64,000 nucleotides of DNA from an uncultured Lachnospiraceae bacterium (GCA_964650305.1 CAZYST010000002.1:26887-90886), one strand, 5' to 3'. Shown: positions 1 to 10,056, numbered from the stretch's first letter. Made by a program: numbers and translations. Notes: a model not told the origin generated them from the letters alone.

Positions 1-3000
1 TAATTGCATTTTGTACACCTTGACTATCTGTTGCTTTTGCTAATTTGAATGTTACATTTAATGTTACTTTTTCTCCTGGTTTAATTTTTACATTATCTAA
101 TGCGTTTGTACTCATTACTTTATATGTTTTACCATTTGCATCTGTAACTTTTTCACCAGTTTGTGTCCATGCTACACTATTTCCATTTCCATCTGTTGAT
201 GGCTCTGCTACTACTACTGTTTCTTCTTGTAATCCACTATCTGTTTTTGTTTGAACTAATTTCTTAACTTCTGTTTCAACTAATTCAAAACTATCATCAT
301 AATAATCTAAAACTTCATTTATTTCTGCATCATATATCTTAGAAGAGTTATATAAATCTATTCTGTATTTCAAGAACACATCTAATTCTCTATCTTCAAT
401 ATTTTCTAATCCTAAAGATTGATAATATGCATTTAAATCATCATATAGTTCTTGATTATCTTTATAAATTTCTGTTCTATAATAGTAGTCTGTATCATAT
501 AATTTTAAATCATATCCTGGTATTTGTTCTTTTGCTTGGAAGTACATAGTATCATCTATTGCTACTACTTCTCCATTTCCTGCTGTTCCACCATATAATT
601 TATCTAATAATTTATTGTATTTATATTCAACAACTTTTCCGTTTACAGCAACTTTAGCTGATACTAAATCTTTTGTTGCAAACATATCTGCATCTTCTCT
701 TAGTTTTAGTCCTAAATTAATATGTTGTGTATATCCATATGTTGCTGAATAAATATATTTTTGGTAAGCTCCTAATTCATCTATGCCTTTATCTATACTT
801 TCTAAATGAATTTTATTATCAAATGGATAATATAATCCACCTTGGCTTGTTCTAGCTGTTGCTTTAAATACATCTAATGCTACACCATTTTCGTCTCTTG
901 TTATAACTTCTGAAACTCTTGTTGTAGTATCTGAAACTGTTTGCTCTCTAGAAGTATAATCAATGCCTTGTTCTCCATTTTGTCCTACTACTTTACCATG
1001 TGTCATTCCTGTTGTTCCATCTATTGGTGTGTCACCTTTTACTTCTTGAATTCTATTGTCAACTTCTTCTCTATTTATATCTAATGCCATTGAATCATTT
1101 TGCCATTTGTCTCTTTCAGAAGTTGTAGCATTTATATATGCTGATGAATCTCCATTTGATGTAGCTAAGAATTTTGTTGGTTCATATGTTTGACCTTCAT
1201 ATATAAATTCTATATCATATTTTGCTTGTAACCCTTGTCCTTGTTCATCTGGATTTAATGCAGGTACTGACATTCTTGGTGCAAACCAATGACCAGCTTC
1301 TGTGTCTTCACCTGTCATTAACGGAAACTCTATTGGTGTTTTTTCTTCATCCAAATATCCTGTTGCAAGTTCTCTATAAAGTTCTTCATTTCCTTTATAT
1401 ACAACTCTATAAATATTTACTAAAACACCGTCTATTGGATTTTCTTGTCCTCTATCATAAATTCCGTTTTCTACTGAATTTTCTGTATTTTTATCATCTT
1501 CGTTTAGTGGAACATCCTCCCAAACATCACCAGCCATTTCCATTGTTAAATCTATTATAACTCTTGTTGTGAAAATGTTTGTTACTGTTACATCTATTGT
1601 ATTTCCTTCTTCTAGACTTCCATTTGATGATGAAATACTATCTAATTTCCAGCCTTGTGGCATTTCTGTTTCTGTTACATAATATGTTGGTGCTTCATCT
1701 CCATACCATTTTATTTCTGGAGTTTCAAAGCTTTCACCAGCTCTTACTGAATTTGTTATTGTTCTAGAACCATTTACTATACTTTCACCATTCATTTCGA
1801 ATGTTCCTGTTATTTTTACAGATATTGTAAATGTTCCTTCTATTGTTTCATTTACTTGCTTATCATCTGTTATAGCTTCTTTAGTTACTTTTATCTTTCC
1901 AGATTTTCCTTCAAGTTCATTTATTGCTATAACTTCTGCTGTACTATTTGATTTTAAAGATCCAGATTGATTTTCAATTTTTATAAGTTTTGATCCTTCT
2001 GGAATATCTATTTCTTCTACTTTATATGTAGGAGCTTCTGTACCTTTTAACCAAACAAAATCAGATGATTCATAAGTTTGATTTGCTTTTAAAGATACAT
2101 ATATTTCTTTATTTCCTATTAATCCACCATTTAATGTGATTTTGAATTTAAATGTGTCTGCTGAAGTTGCATTTCCATCTAATTTTTTAGTAATTCTTAT
2201 TTTTCCATGTTCGTATTCAGTTGTTACATCTTGACTGTTTATTGCTGTTACAGTTACTTGCGATGTAGAATCATTATCTTGTAAATATCCTGTTGATGGC
2301 GTTAAACTTATAAGTTTTGCACCTTCTGGAAGATTTACTTCTTGCACACTATATTTTGGTGCATTATCATCTGTCCAAGTATATTCTGGTGATACCCATG
2401 TCCATCCTGTTGCTTCACTAATTTTTACATTATGAATATCATTTCCTATAATAACTTTAAATTCATATTCTTTATCTTTTGTATTACCTTGAACTATTTT
2501 ATCAATTCTTAAAGTTCCTTTATGTGTATCTACAATTTGATTTATTGCTTTTACTTTTACTGTTCTACCGTTTTTTAAATCGCCTTTTGCATTTTCAATA
2601 TCTACAAGTTCTGTTCCTTCTTTTTCAACTTCTTCTACTCTATATGTTGGAACATCTTCATCTGCTCCCCATTTATATGTTCTAATTACAGTAGAATTCG
2701 CTTTTACTGAAACAGTTTCTTTATATTTATCATTTATATAGATTTTGAATTTAAATCTTGCATTTGAATCTACTTTTTCTCCATCTTTATTAACAACTAC
2801 TTTTTGTATTTTTAATTTACCAGAATTGTCTGGCATTTCACCTTCCCAATGAAGTTCTGTTTTAAATTTTACTTTTGCTGCTGAAAGACCTAATGCTAAT
2901 AATTGGGCTTTATTTTCTTCTAAAGATGTAAGTTCTATCCAATATGTAGTTGATTTAATATGATATCTATATTCACCATGTGAACAACTTTTTCCATCAC

Positions 3001-4228
3001 AAGCATTTTCTCCTGAACCATGTGGTCTATGGACACCTGATACTCTACACCAGTTATCTTTTGAATCTGCTTCCCACGTTGCTGTAAAATATGTACCATC
3101 TAAGTATTCATATTTTCCAGCTGCATTCATATATTCAAAGAAAAATGCTAAATCTGTGACTTTTGTTGCACCTTCTATATAATTTAATTTTATATAGAAA
3201 ACTTCATTTTTATGTGGAAATTCTGATTCATCATCATTATCTCTTTCTCCATGTAACCATAAGAATTCCCAATCTTTTCCTCTTTCTAATGGTTCTTCAG
3301 AAGCATCTGTATAAAGTTTTGCATCTGTTATACCTGCAAACATTACTTCTGCTCTTTCGCCTGCTTTAATTTTACTTTCAATATAGTCTATAGAAAATGG
3401 ACCTATTTTGTATACTTGTTCATCAGAATCCCAAGCAACTGTTGGTCTATCTGCTCCTTCTTCTTCTCTTTCGATTTTTCCGTCTTGGTTTGAATCTTCA
3501 TTATATTTTGGTTCATATTTTATATCAAATCCACAATCTAATGATTTTTCTTGACCATTGAATGTATAATTTATTACTGTGTTTTTACCAAGTTCATCAA
3601 CACTTGAAACTCCTGCTGCTTCTAATATATATGCTTCAAAAGCTTCTGCTTCAATTGTTAAATCATTTGGTGCAACTGGAATAGCACCTTTGCTACCAGC
3701 TTCTGTTGTCCACCATGCATTTTGCACATATGATGGATAAGGCATATTGTACATCATTTCAGATAATATATAAGCTTCTTTAGGTCCGCATATTTCTGAA
3801 CTTTGTACTTTAAACATACCATATGTATAATTTTGATAAGTACCTTCTTTAAATGGTGTTTCTGTATTTTCACCATCTAAAGTTACTTCGAAATTCTTTT
3901 TACCAATATCTTTATATGTTAAATATGGTTCTTCTGTACTTCCTTGTTCTGTTGTTAAAGTTACATCTTTTACCCCAGGAAGTTTTGAATCTACACCACC
4001 ATGATAGCAGCAGAAGTAATCATAAAAGTTTGCTAAATCTGCCATTGTTATATATCTTCCACCATTTACTTCATGTGCTGGATCATGTTCTGCTGATTCT
4101 ATAGTTGTAGTTTCTTCAGGAGTTACTTTTCCTGAATCTGTTGCAAATATATTACTTACGAAAAGTGTGCTTAATATTGTTAATGTTATTGCTAATGCAA
4201 TTAATATTTTATTTTTAGTTTTGTTCAT
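1..4228 (-). CDS. Giant secreted surface protein, B-type paralogue (B2). Start is at 4228 and the ORF is still open at the window edge (1409 codons visible). It is absent from the supplied ORF track because it is truncated.
   Basis: ATG at 4226-4228 with RBS GGAGGTG (4235-4241) 6 nt upstream, inside the end of the upstream gene. Manual reverse translation gives MNKTKNKILIALAITLTILSTLFVSNIFATDSGKVTPEE... (signal peptide). Frame hand-checked stop-free at 4228-3961, 3060-2941, 2880-2761, 2220-1921, 1620-1501, 660-620 and 58-2. Contains thioester-like C/Q motifs, four ~105-aa Ig modules and a D-rich SdrD-B-like region. Confidence 0.8.
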   Translation of the reverse strand, partial: MNKTKNKILIALAITLTILSTLFVSNIFATDSGKVTPEETTTIESAEHDPAHEVNGGRYITMADLANFYDYFCCYHGGVDSKLPGVKDVTLTTEQGSTEEPYLTYKDIGKKNFEVTLDGENTETPFKEGTYQNYTYGMFKVQSSEICGPKEAYILSEMMYNMPYPSYVQNAWWTTEAGSKGAIPVAPNDLTIEAEAFEAYILEAAGVSSVDELGKNTVINYTFNGQEKSLDCGFDIKYEPKYNEDSNQDGKIEREEEGADRPTVAWDSDEQVYKIGPFSIDYIESKIKAGERAEVMFAGITDAKLYTDASEEPLERGKDWEFLWLHGERDNDDESEFPHKNEVFYIKLNYIEGATKVTDLAFFFEYMNAAGKYEYLDGTYFTATWEADSKDNWCRVSGVHRPHGSGENACDGKSCSHGEYRYHIKSTTYWIELTSLEENKAQLLALGLSAAKVKFKTELHWEGEMPDNSGKLKIQKVVVNKDGEKVDSNARFKFKIYINDKYKETVSVKANSTVIRTYKWGADEDVPTYRVEEVEKEGTELVDIENAKGDLKNGRTVKVKAINQIVDTHKGTLRIDKIVQGNTKDKEYEFKVIIGNDIHNVKISEATGWTWVSPEYTWTDDNAPKYSVQEVNLPEGAKLISLTPSTGYLQDNDSTSQVTVTAINSQDVTTEYEHGKIRITKKLDGNATSADTFKFKITLNGGLIGNKEIYVSLKANQTYESSDFVWLKGTEAPTYKVEEIDIPEGSKLIKIENQSGSLKSNSTAEVIAINELEGKSGKIKVTKEAITDDKQVNETIEGTFTISVKITGTFEMNGESIVNGSRTITNSVRAGESFETPEIKWYGDEAPTYYVTETEMPQGWKLDSISSSNGSLEEGNTIDVTVTNIFTTRVIIDLTMEMAGDVWEDVPLNEDDKNTENSVENGIYDRGQENPIDGVLVNIYRVVYKGNEELYRELATGYLDEEKTPIEFPLMTGEDTEAGHWFAPRMSVPALNPDEQGQGLQAKYDIEFIYEGQTYEPTKFLATSNGDSSAYINATTSERDKWQNDSMALDINREEVDNRIQEVKGDTPIDGTTGMTHGKVVGQNGEQGIDYTSREQTVSDTTTRVSEVITRDENGVALDVFKATARTSQGGLYYPFDNKIHLESIDKGIDELGAYQKYIYSATYGYTQHINLGLKLREDADMFATKDLVSAKVAVNGKVVEYKYNKLLDKLYGGTAGNGEVVAIDDTMYFQAKEQIPGYDLKLYDTDYYYRTEIYKDNQELYDDLNAYYQSLGLENIEDRELDVFLKYRIDLYNSSKIYDAEINEVLDYYDDSFELVETEVKKLVQTKTDSGLQEETVVVAEPSTDGNGNSVAWTQTGEKVTDANGKTYKVMSTNALDNVKIKPGEKVTLNVTFKLAKATDSQGVQNAI

Positions 4229-4229
4229 A

Positions 4230-7200
4230 TTAAGCACCTCCTTTCCTTTTCTTAATTATCAGTTTGTTGTATGCTATAAATATTACTATGCTTCCTAATA
4301 ATATACTTGTAATTATTACAGATATATGAATAAATACTTCACCAGTTTTTACAGTTAACATTGTATCTGCAGAGCTCATATCATTTTCATTTTGAACTTT
4401 ATTTCCCGGTGTTGAATTTTTATCTGATATACCATAAATATTGTAATCTTCATAAATTTCTGCTACGTTGTTCACAATTCCTGTATTTTCTTCTGTCATT
4501 TGTTTTGTAAGTACTAATTTAATTTCTTTTGTTTCACCTTTTTGAAGTTCTGTGTTTTCTAAAGCTGTTGTATATAACATTCCATCTGTACCTGTATACC
4601 AGTCTGGGTTAAGTTCAGATTTAAATGTCATTCCTTCTGGAATATAATCAACTATCTTTTTAGCATATCCTGCAATATCACCAATGTTTGAAACTGCAAT
4701 GTTATATTCGATATATACTACTGATGTTGATAAATGTTTTCCAGCAATATCCATTTTTGCAAGTTGTGTTTTATCAAATGTTTGATTTGTTGTTCCAGCC
4801 TTATTTTGTACTGTAACTTTTGTTATTGTTTTATCTAATTTTAAATCAAATGTATCTGCTAATACTAAACCAATATCTATATTAGAAACACTTCCATTTT
4901 TTACAGAAATTGTATCTGTAACAGCTGCATTTCTCTTTCTACCATTTTGTTCTACTTGTGTTATGATTGCATCTGAATTAACATTTGCTTCTACATCTGA
5001 TTTTTGATATGTAGTAACTGTATATTTTACAGTATCATATTCAAACATTACAAGGTAATCTCCTTCTTCAACTCCTGAGAAAGTATATGTACCTTTACTA
5101 TCTGTTGTAACATTTTTTACAATATAACCTGTATTTACATCTACTAAACTTACTTTTATATCATTTAATCTTGGTTCATATTCATCTCTTTTTCCATCTT
5201 TATTGTCATCTAACCATGCTGTACCTGTTAATTTATATGTTTTAACAACATTACTATTATTTGATGAATAATTATTGTTTGTTCCTAAAGATGTATTTGA
5301 TTTTTCTACTACTGTTTGACCTCTACTTGTATCTGCTTCTATTATATGTGTTATAGAATTTGTTTCTGTTTCTTCTATTCCATCTCCTGAAACTTTTCCT
5401 ATGTTTGTTACTGTTCTTTCTTGAACGCCATCTAATCTTACTGCTAAAGCTTCTATATTAACAACAAGTTCGTTGTTAGGAGAAATTGTTCCAGATATTT
5501 CAGCTTCATAATTTGCTGATACTCTTTTTTCTGATTGAACACCATTTAATACATAACTTATCTTTCTTATGATTAATCCTTCTGGAATTTCATCTGTCAA
5601 TTTAACTGTTTTTGCAGAAGCAGAACCTGTATTTTTTATTGTAAATGTATAGAAAATTGATTCTCCTTCTTTTACATATGTATTTGTTGTTGTACTTGTT
5701 TGTGTTATATCTAAACTTGGTTTTCCAATATTTGTTTGTACTGTATTAGATTCATATGTTTTACAACCATCTGCTGTAACTTTTGAAGTTGTAAATAATT
5801 CTTTGTATGTATTTCCATCTGTAATATTTCCAACTTTTACTTTTACAACAACTTGTTTTGGAACTTTTGATTCTAATTCATCTATTTTCCATGTTACTGT
5901 TCTTGTTGTTTCATCATATGTTGCATTATTTATTTCATGTGATGTTATTCCATCTTCTTCATATTCTAATGTATATGCATTACTAAATATAAGTTCTTCT
6001 GGAATTTGTTTTGTTACTACTACATTTGTTTTTGTTTTTTCTGTTAAATTTCTAATAATTATATTGTATTTTAATTCTTGTTTTGGTTGATGTATTACAT
6101 CTAATGTTTCTGTAGTTTCTTTAATTTCTAATTCTGCACCAGTTATTTCTACACTCTTTACTTCAGATTTTAATTCTTTTTGTAAATCTTTAGCTTTAAC
6201 TGTTGAATACACTTCTAAGTTAACTGCTGGGTCTTTTATTACCTCGTCTGTATATTTAGCGTTTTCATCATGCATATCTTCTTGATTTTCATATGTTCTT
6301 ATTACATATGTTCCATCATCTAATTCTATAAATCCTTCTGTATTTCTATAATATTCTTCTATTGAAGGATAATCATTTACTAATACATTTATAGAAACTT
6401 CAACTTCTTTTTCTGTTTCTAATGAATCTATATAAAATACTACATTTTCATTATTTACTGTATATTGTAAATCTGTTCCTTGTTCTACTGTTGCAAATTT
6501 TGTATATTTTGGTATAGGAATATTAATTTCAATATTTTCTACTAAACTTGTTCCTGTATTTTTTACTTTTGAAGTTATTTTTAATTCTTCAAATTCACTT
6601 AGTTTTTCAACATCTGTAGATGTTTCTATATTAACTTCTGGTCCTTCACCTGTTGTAAGACCTACAATATCAGGTGTAGATGTTTCATCTGTTATTGCTA
6701 TTTCTGAATTATTTTTATAATATGCTAAGAACGTTCCATATATATTTTCATTATGTTCTAGATTTGCTGGTATTTCATATACATATGTAAATCTTAATAT
6801 TTCTGTTTCTATCATTTGGTAATCTGAATCTACTGGAACTATTAAATATGATTTCATATTTTCTAAACTTTCAGGATTTTCAACCCATCCATTATCAGAA
6901 CTACTCAAATCGTTTGTTGCTTCTTCATTTTCAGAATAGTAAACTTTAAATTCTCCTCTATTTCTAGCATCTGCTACTATTCCTTGAACCATTTTTGTAT
7001 CTACTGTTGTTCCTAAATCTGTTCCTGTTTCAATATCTTTTACTCCTTTGAAAGGTATTCTACCTAATATTGAAACTTCAGATACTGTATTTTTATTGTT
7101 ATTCATAACAATAATTTCCATTGTTGCTTGTTTAGCATCTGTATATATTTCTAAGGTATCTTCTTTTTTACCTTGTCTTACAGATGTAAGTACACTTCCA

Positions 7201-9446
7201 ACATTATTGTAATTTGCTGTACTATTTACTGCTACAAGTCCTGTTGGTGCTGAATAATTTACTAATACCTCTTTGTATTCTTCTTCAATATTTGTTGTTT
7301 CTGAATTTGAAGTATATAGTTTTATGATTTCTTCTTTTGCTGGTGCATAAATGTCTATATCTATATTTGCATATATTTCTATATTTGTACCATTTGTTAA
7401 AACACCACTATTCAAAGCTTCTTGTCTTCCATCTATTGTTATTCTTAATTTATATATACCATTTTCATTTATTATTTCTGTATTTGTTAAATTTAAACCT
7501 TCACCATAAACTATTGTTGCATCTAGAATTTCTATATTTGTAATATAATTTGGCATTACAATTTCAAAAACTGAATTTCCAAATATATCTGATGTATCTT
7601 TATGGTTGTTAAGTTCTATTCTTAATTCAACATTTTCATTTCTTGTTATTGTTGATAAATTATCTCTATCTATAACTAAATTTACATCTGTTTTTGTATC
7701 ATTTAGTTTTGTTTCTGAAATAGCTTCTCCTATTTCTACTGCATCTACTACATAATCATATTTTGCACTTAATTTTAATTTTGAACTTATAGCTGATAAA
7801 TTTTTATATTCTTCTTTGCTTATTCCTGCATCTTTAGAAACTTTAGTATAATTTATGCTTAAGTTTCCTTCATTTACCGGTCTTGATGTTTTTAATACTA
7901 TTTTTTCATATCTATTTTCAAAATTTACAATTGCTTTTCCATCTTCTGTTATTGGATAATCTTTATTTATTGATGTTATTATATTTCCTTCTGTGTCATA
8001 AATATCTATAGTACCATTTTCTCCTAAGATATTATTTAAGTTTTCTTTGCTCATAGAAATTTCTTTATAGTATAGATCTGATGTTTGAATTACATTTCCA
8101 TCTTTTGATATATAATTTTCTTCTAAATCTTCTAAGATAATTTCTTGAACAATTTCTTTGTATGAAACATTTATTATGTTTTTAAATTTATATTCTATTT
8201 CATAATCATTTTCTGTATTGTAATTTAAGTATGTATAAGCTTTTGAAACTTCATTTGTTTCATTTTCTATATTATAAGATACTATGTCACCAGTTTGCCC
8301 TGATAATTCATATTCATATGTTTGGCTATCTTTTACAACATATATATAGTCATCATTTTCCACACCACTAAATGTTGTTAATTCTGCTGATATATTTGAG
8401 GTTGTATTCATAACATCTTGTATCTCGATATTTTCATAAGTGTATGTAATTAAAAATTCATCCACACCAGACTTACTATAATATCTTTCTTCTTCTACTA
8501 TTTCCTTATCTATATCTTTTAAATATTCATCTTCAAATTCATCTACTTTTACAAGTTCTTTTTCATTTTGAAGTTTAATATTTATTGTATTTGTTTCTTC
8601 ATTATATTCCCAATTTGAAGAATCAAATTTTACTTCTTCAGCAAATTTTCCATTAGTTCCTTGTGTAGATGATGCAACTAATGTTATGTTTGTTGGTAAA
8701 ACATCATTTATTTTCGGAACTTCTACACTTACTTTTGTTTCTTTAGCAGGTAATGTATTGTTTTCTGATGTTCCATCAACTTTTACTACTGTTTGTAAAA
8801 TTACTCCTTTTTTATCATTTCCAAATTGAATATATTTTGAGAGTGAACTTTCTAATTTAACTTCTCTTTCATCTTTCCAAGATACATTTAATGTTATTTC
8901 TTTTGAAACAGCGATTTCTTCACCATCATTATCTATATATGTACCTGTGAAAATAATTTTACTGTCTTGAGAAAGTTTATTTTCATTAATGTATTCTTCA
9001 TTTTTATATTCAATTGGTAATTGAATATTAAGTTCAGAATTACAATTTACTTGTCTAAATTCTAAAATATTATCTTCAAATTTTTGAATCATTTCAGATA
9101 ATTCTCCATCCTTCTTTAGACTATAATTTAACCCTGCACCTTCTTCAGATTCCTTAATTTCAACTTTTGCATCTTTTAAATATCCTGATTTTAAGACATT
9201 TAAATTTAGATTGATTAATAAATCCTTGTTATTTACATCACTTACAACCGAATAAGATTTATCTTCTCCAGTTCCAAAATATGCTTCAAATTCGACATTT
9301 TCATGTCCAGTATCTGCACTATTACCAAAGATTGTTTCAATCATTGATACGGCCAAACACTCTGTAACGAAAGCAAAATTTGCAAATGTTAATGTAAATA
9401 TTAGAATTATTGCCAACAATTTTTCTAGAATTTTGTTTTTTAGCAT
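4230..9446 (-). CDS. Giant surface protein, A-type paralogue (A', 1738 aa): signal peptide, ~1000 aa of unassigned beta-rich sequence, three DUF11-like repeats, one SdrD-B-like (Cna-B type) domain, C-terminal TM helix plus basic tail
   Basis: Uninterrupted 1738-codon ORF with GGAGG 9 nt upstream of ATG 9446. Hydrophobic N-terminus LAIILIFTLTFANFAFV. DUF11-like strings (KLTDEIPEGLI, VVTKQIPEELI). SdrD-B-like GTAWLDDNKDGKRDEYEPRLNDIKVSLVD...DSKGTYTFSGVEEGDYLV. C-terminus VFIHISVIITSILLGSIVIFIAYNKLIIKKRKGGA. Confidence 0.85.
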   Translation of the reverse strand: MLKNKILEKLLAIILIFTLTFANFAFVTECLAVSMIETIFGNSADTGHENVEFEAYFGTGEDKSYSVVSDVNNKDLLINLNLNVLKSGYLKDAKVEIKESEEGAGLNYSLKKDGELSEMIQKFEDNILEFRQVNCNSELNIQLPIEYKNEEYINENKLSQDSKIIFTGTYIDNDGEEIAVSKEITLNVSWKDEREVKLESSLSKYIQFGNDKKGVILQTVVKVDGTSENNTLPAKETKVSVEVPKINDVLPTNITLVASSTQGTNGKFAEEVKFDSSNWEYNEETNTINIKLQNEKELVKVDEFEDEYLKDIDKEIVEEERYYSKSGVDEFLITYTYENIEIQDVMNTTSNISAELTTFSGVENDDYIYVVKDSQTYEYELSGQTGDIVSYNIENETNEVSKAYTYLNYNTENDYEIEYKFKNIINVSYKEIVQEIILEDLEENYISKDGNVIQTSDLYYKEISMSKENLNNILGENGTIDIYDTEGNIITSINKDYPITEDGKAIVNFENRYEKIVLKTSRPVNEGNLSINYTKVSKDAGISKEEYKNLSAISSKLKLSAKYDYVVDAVEIGEAISETKLNDTKTDVNLVIDRDNLSTITRNENVELRIELNNHKDTSDIFGNSVFEIVMPNYITNIEILDATIVYGEGLNLTNTEIINENGIYKLRITIDGRQEALNSGVLTNGTNIEIYANIDIDIYAPAKEEIIKLYTSNSETTNIEEEYKEVLVNYSAPTGLVAVNSTANYNNVGSVLTSVRQGKKEDTLEIYTDAKQATMEIIVMNNNKNTVSEVSILGRIPFKGVKDIETGTDLGTTVDTKMVQGIVADARNRGEFKVYYSENEEATNDLSSSDNGWVENPESLENMKSYLIVPVDSDYQMIETEILRFTYVYEIPANLEHNENIYGTFLAYYKNNSEIAITDETSTPDIVGLTTGEGPEVNIETSTDVEKLSEFEELKITSKVKNTGTSLVENIEINIPIPKYTKFATVEQGTDLQYTVNNENVVFYIDSLETEKEVEVSINVLVNDYPSIEEYYRNTEGFIELDDGTYVIRTYENQEDMHDENAKYTDEVIKDPAVNLEVYSTVKAKDLQKELKSEVKSVEITGAELEIKETTETLDVIHQPKQELKYNIIIRNLTEKTKTNVVVTKQIPEELIFSNAYTLEYEEDGITSHEINNATYDETTRTVTWKIDELESKVPKQVVVKVKVGNITDGNTYKELFTTSKVTADGCKTYESNTVQTNIGKPSLDITQTSTTTNTYVKEGESIFYTFTIKNTGSASAKTVKLTDEIPEGLIIRKISYVLNGVQSEKRVSANYEAEISGTISPNNELVVNIEALAVRLDGVQERTVTNIGKVSGDGIEETETNSITHIIEADTSRGQTVVEKSNTSLGTNNNYSSNNSNVVKTYKLTGTAWLDDNKDGKRDEYEPRLNDIKVSLVDVNTGYIVKNVTTDSKGTYTFSGVEEGDYLVMFEYDTVKYTVTTYQKSDVEANVNSDAIITQVEQNGRKRNAAVTDTISVKNGSVSNIDIGLVLADTFDLKLDKTITKVTVQNKAGTTNQTFDKTQLAKMDIAGKHLSTSVVYIEYNIAVSNIGDIAGYAKKIVDYIPEGMTFKSELNPDWYTGTDGMLYTTALENTELQKGETKEIKLVLTKQMTEENTGIVNNVAEIYEDYNIYGISDKNSTPGNKVQNENDMSSADTMLTVKTGEVFIHISVIITSILLGSIVIFIAYNKLIIKKRKGGA

Positions 9447-9510
9447 AATTCAAATCCTCCTAACAAACTTTGTTTTTGACATAGTATGACATTACTATCA
9501 TATAATATAT

Positions 9511-9538
9511 ATTTTACTACTTTTTGCATAGTAGTCAA
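9511..9538 (-). promoter_or_regulatory. Candidate sigma-A type promoter for the A'-B2 gene pair
   Basis: On the minus strand, TTGACT (9533-9538), a 16-nt spacer and TAAAAT (9511-9516), about 65 nt upstream of ATG 9446. The background is AT-rich, so specificity is limited. Confidence 0.3.
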
Positions 9539-10020
9539 TACCCTTAAACTATTGATATTTCTATATTTTCCCAACTTTTTCTTTAAGGCTTTACGGAATC
9601 AAATAATCTTAATTTTAAGTTTTAAAATATAAAATTTTAATTACAATTTTTATTGGTAAATAAGCACTTTGTCAAAAATATATTAATACATATTATATAT
9701 CATTATGTAAACCTTTTCAACATAATTATATCATTTTTTTGACTTTTTTTCAATATTTTAACCGCTTATTTTTCGCTTTTTTAAAGGTTTTTTTGACTTT
9801 TTTTGTCGAAATGTACATTTTTGTTTTTTTATTTCTTTTTTTCACTCAATTTTCATCAAATATATTTTTTTAATTCCTTATATCAAGAATATAATATATT
9901 CTTAGGGCAAGTAGACTTTCAAGCATTTTGTTTATTTGTGGATAAAATAATAAAAAGCCCAAATTTTGTAAGTAAACTTAATATAAAATAATTGTGCACA
10001 ACTTTTAAAATCTTATATAC

Positions 10021-10045
10021 CAAAAGAAGAGCTATTTCTAGCTCT
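10021..10045 (-). terminator. Rho-independent terminator after the 2731-aa gene. It separates the two gene pairs into two transcription units.
   Basis: 7-bp stem AGAGCTA/TAGCTCT with a 4-nt loop, followed on the minus strand by TCTTTTG, 12 nt downstream of the stop at 10057. Confidence 0.45.
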
Positions 10046-10056
10046 CCTTTTATTTA

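Noticed and set aside
4350-4370. The TV(K/S)TG motif before the C-terminal TM helix of the A-type proteins, considered as a firm variant sortase motif.
   Set aside because: The same strand motif (FTVTSGRR) occurs internally in B1, about 70 residues before its TM helix. It therefore looks like the last beta-strand of the preceding DUF11/SdrD-like domain rather than a dedicated sorting signal. I kept it only as an open question in the findings.
9447-10056. A c-di-GMP or other riboswitch in the long leaders of the giant genes (by analogy with clostridial adhesin genes), and a shared TTACGGAA 8-mer (9591-9598 and 23905-23912).
   Set aside because: The leaders are almost devoid of G and C, and I could not find the conserved GC-rich helices of GEMM-type riboswitches on the coding strand. 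A shared 8-9-mer between two ~0.5 kb AT-rich regions is expected by chance.
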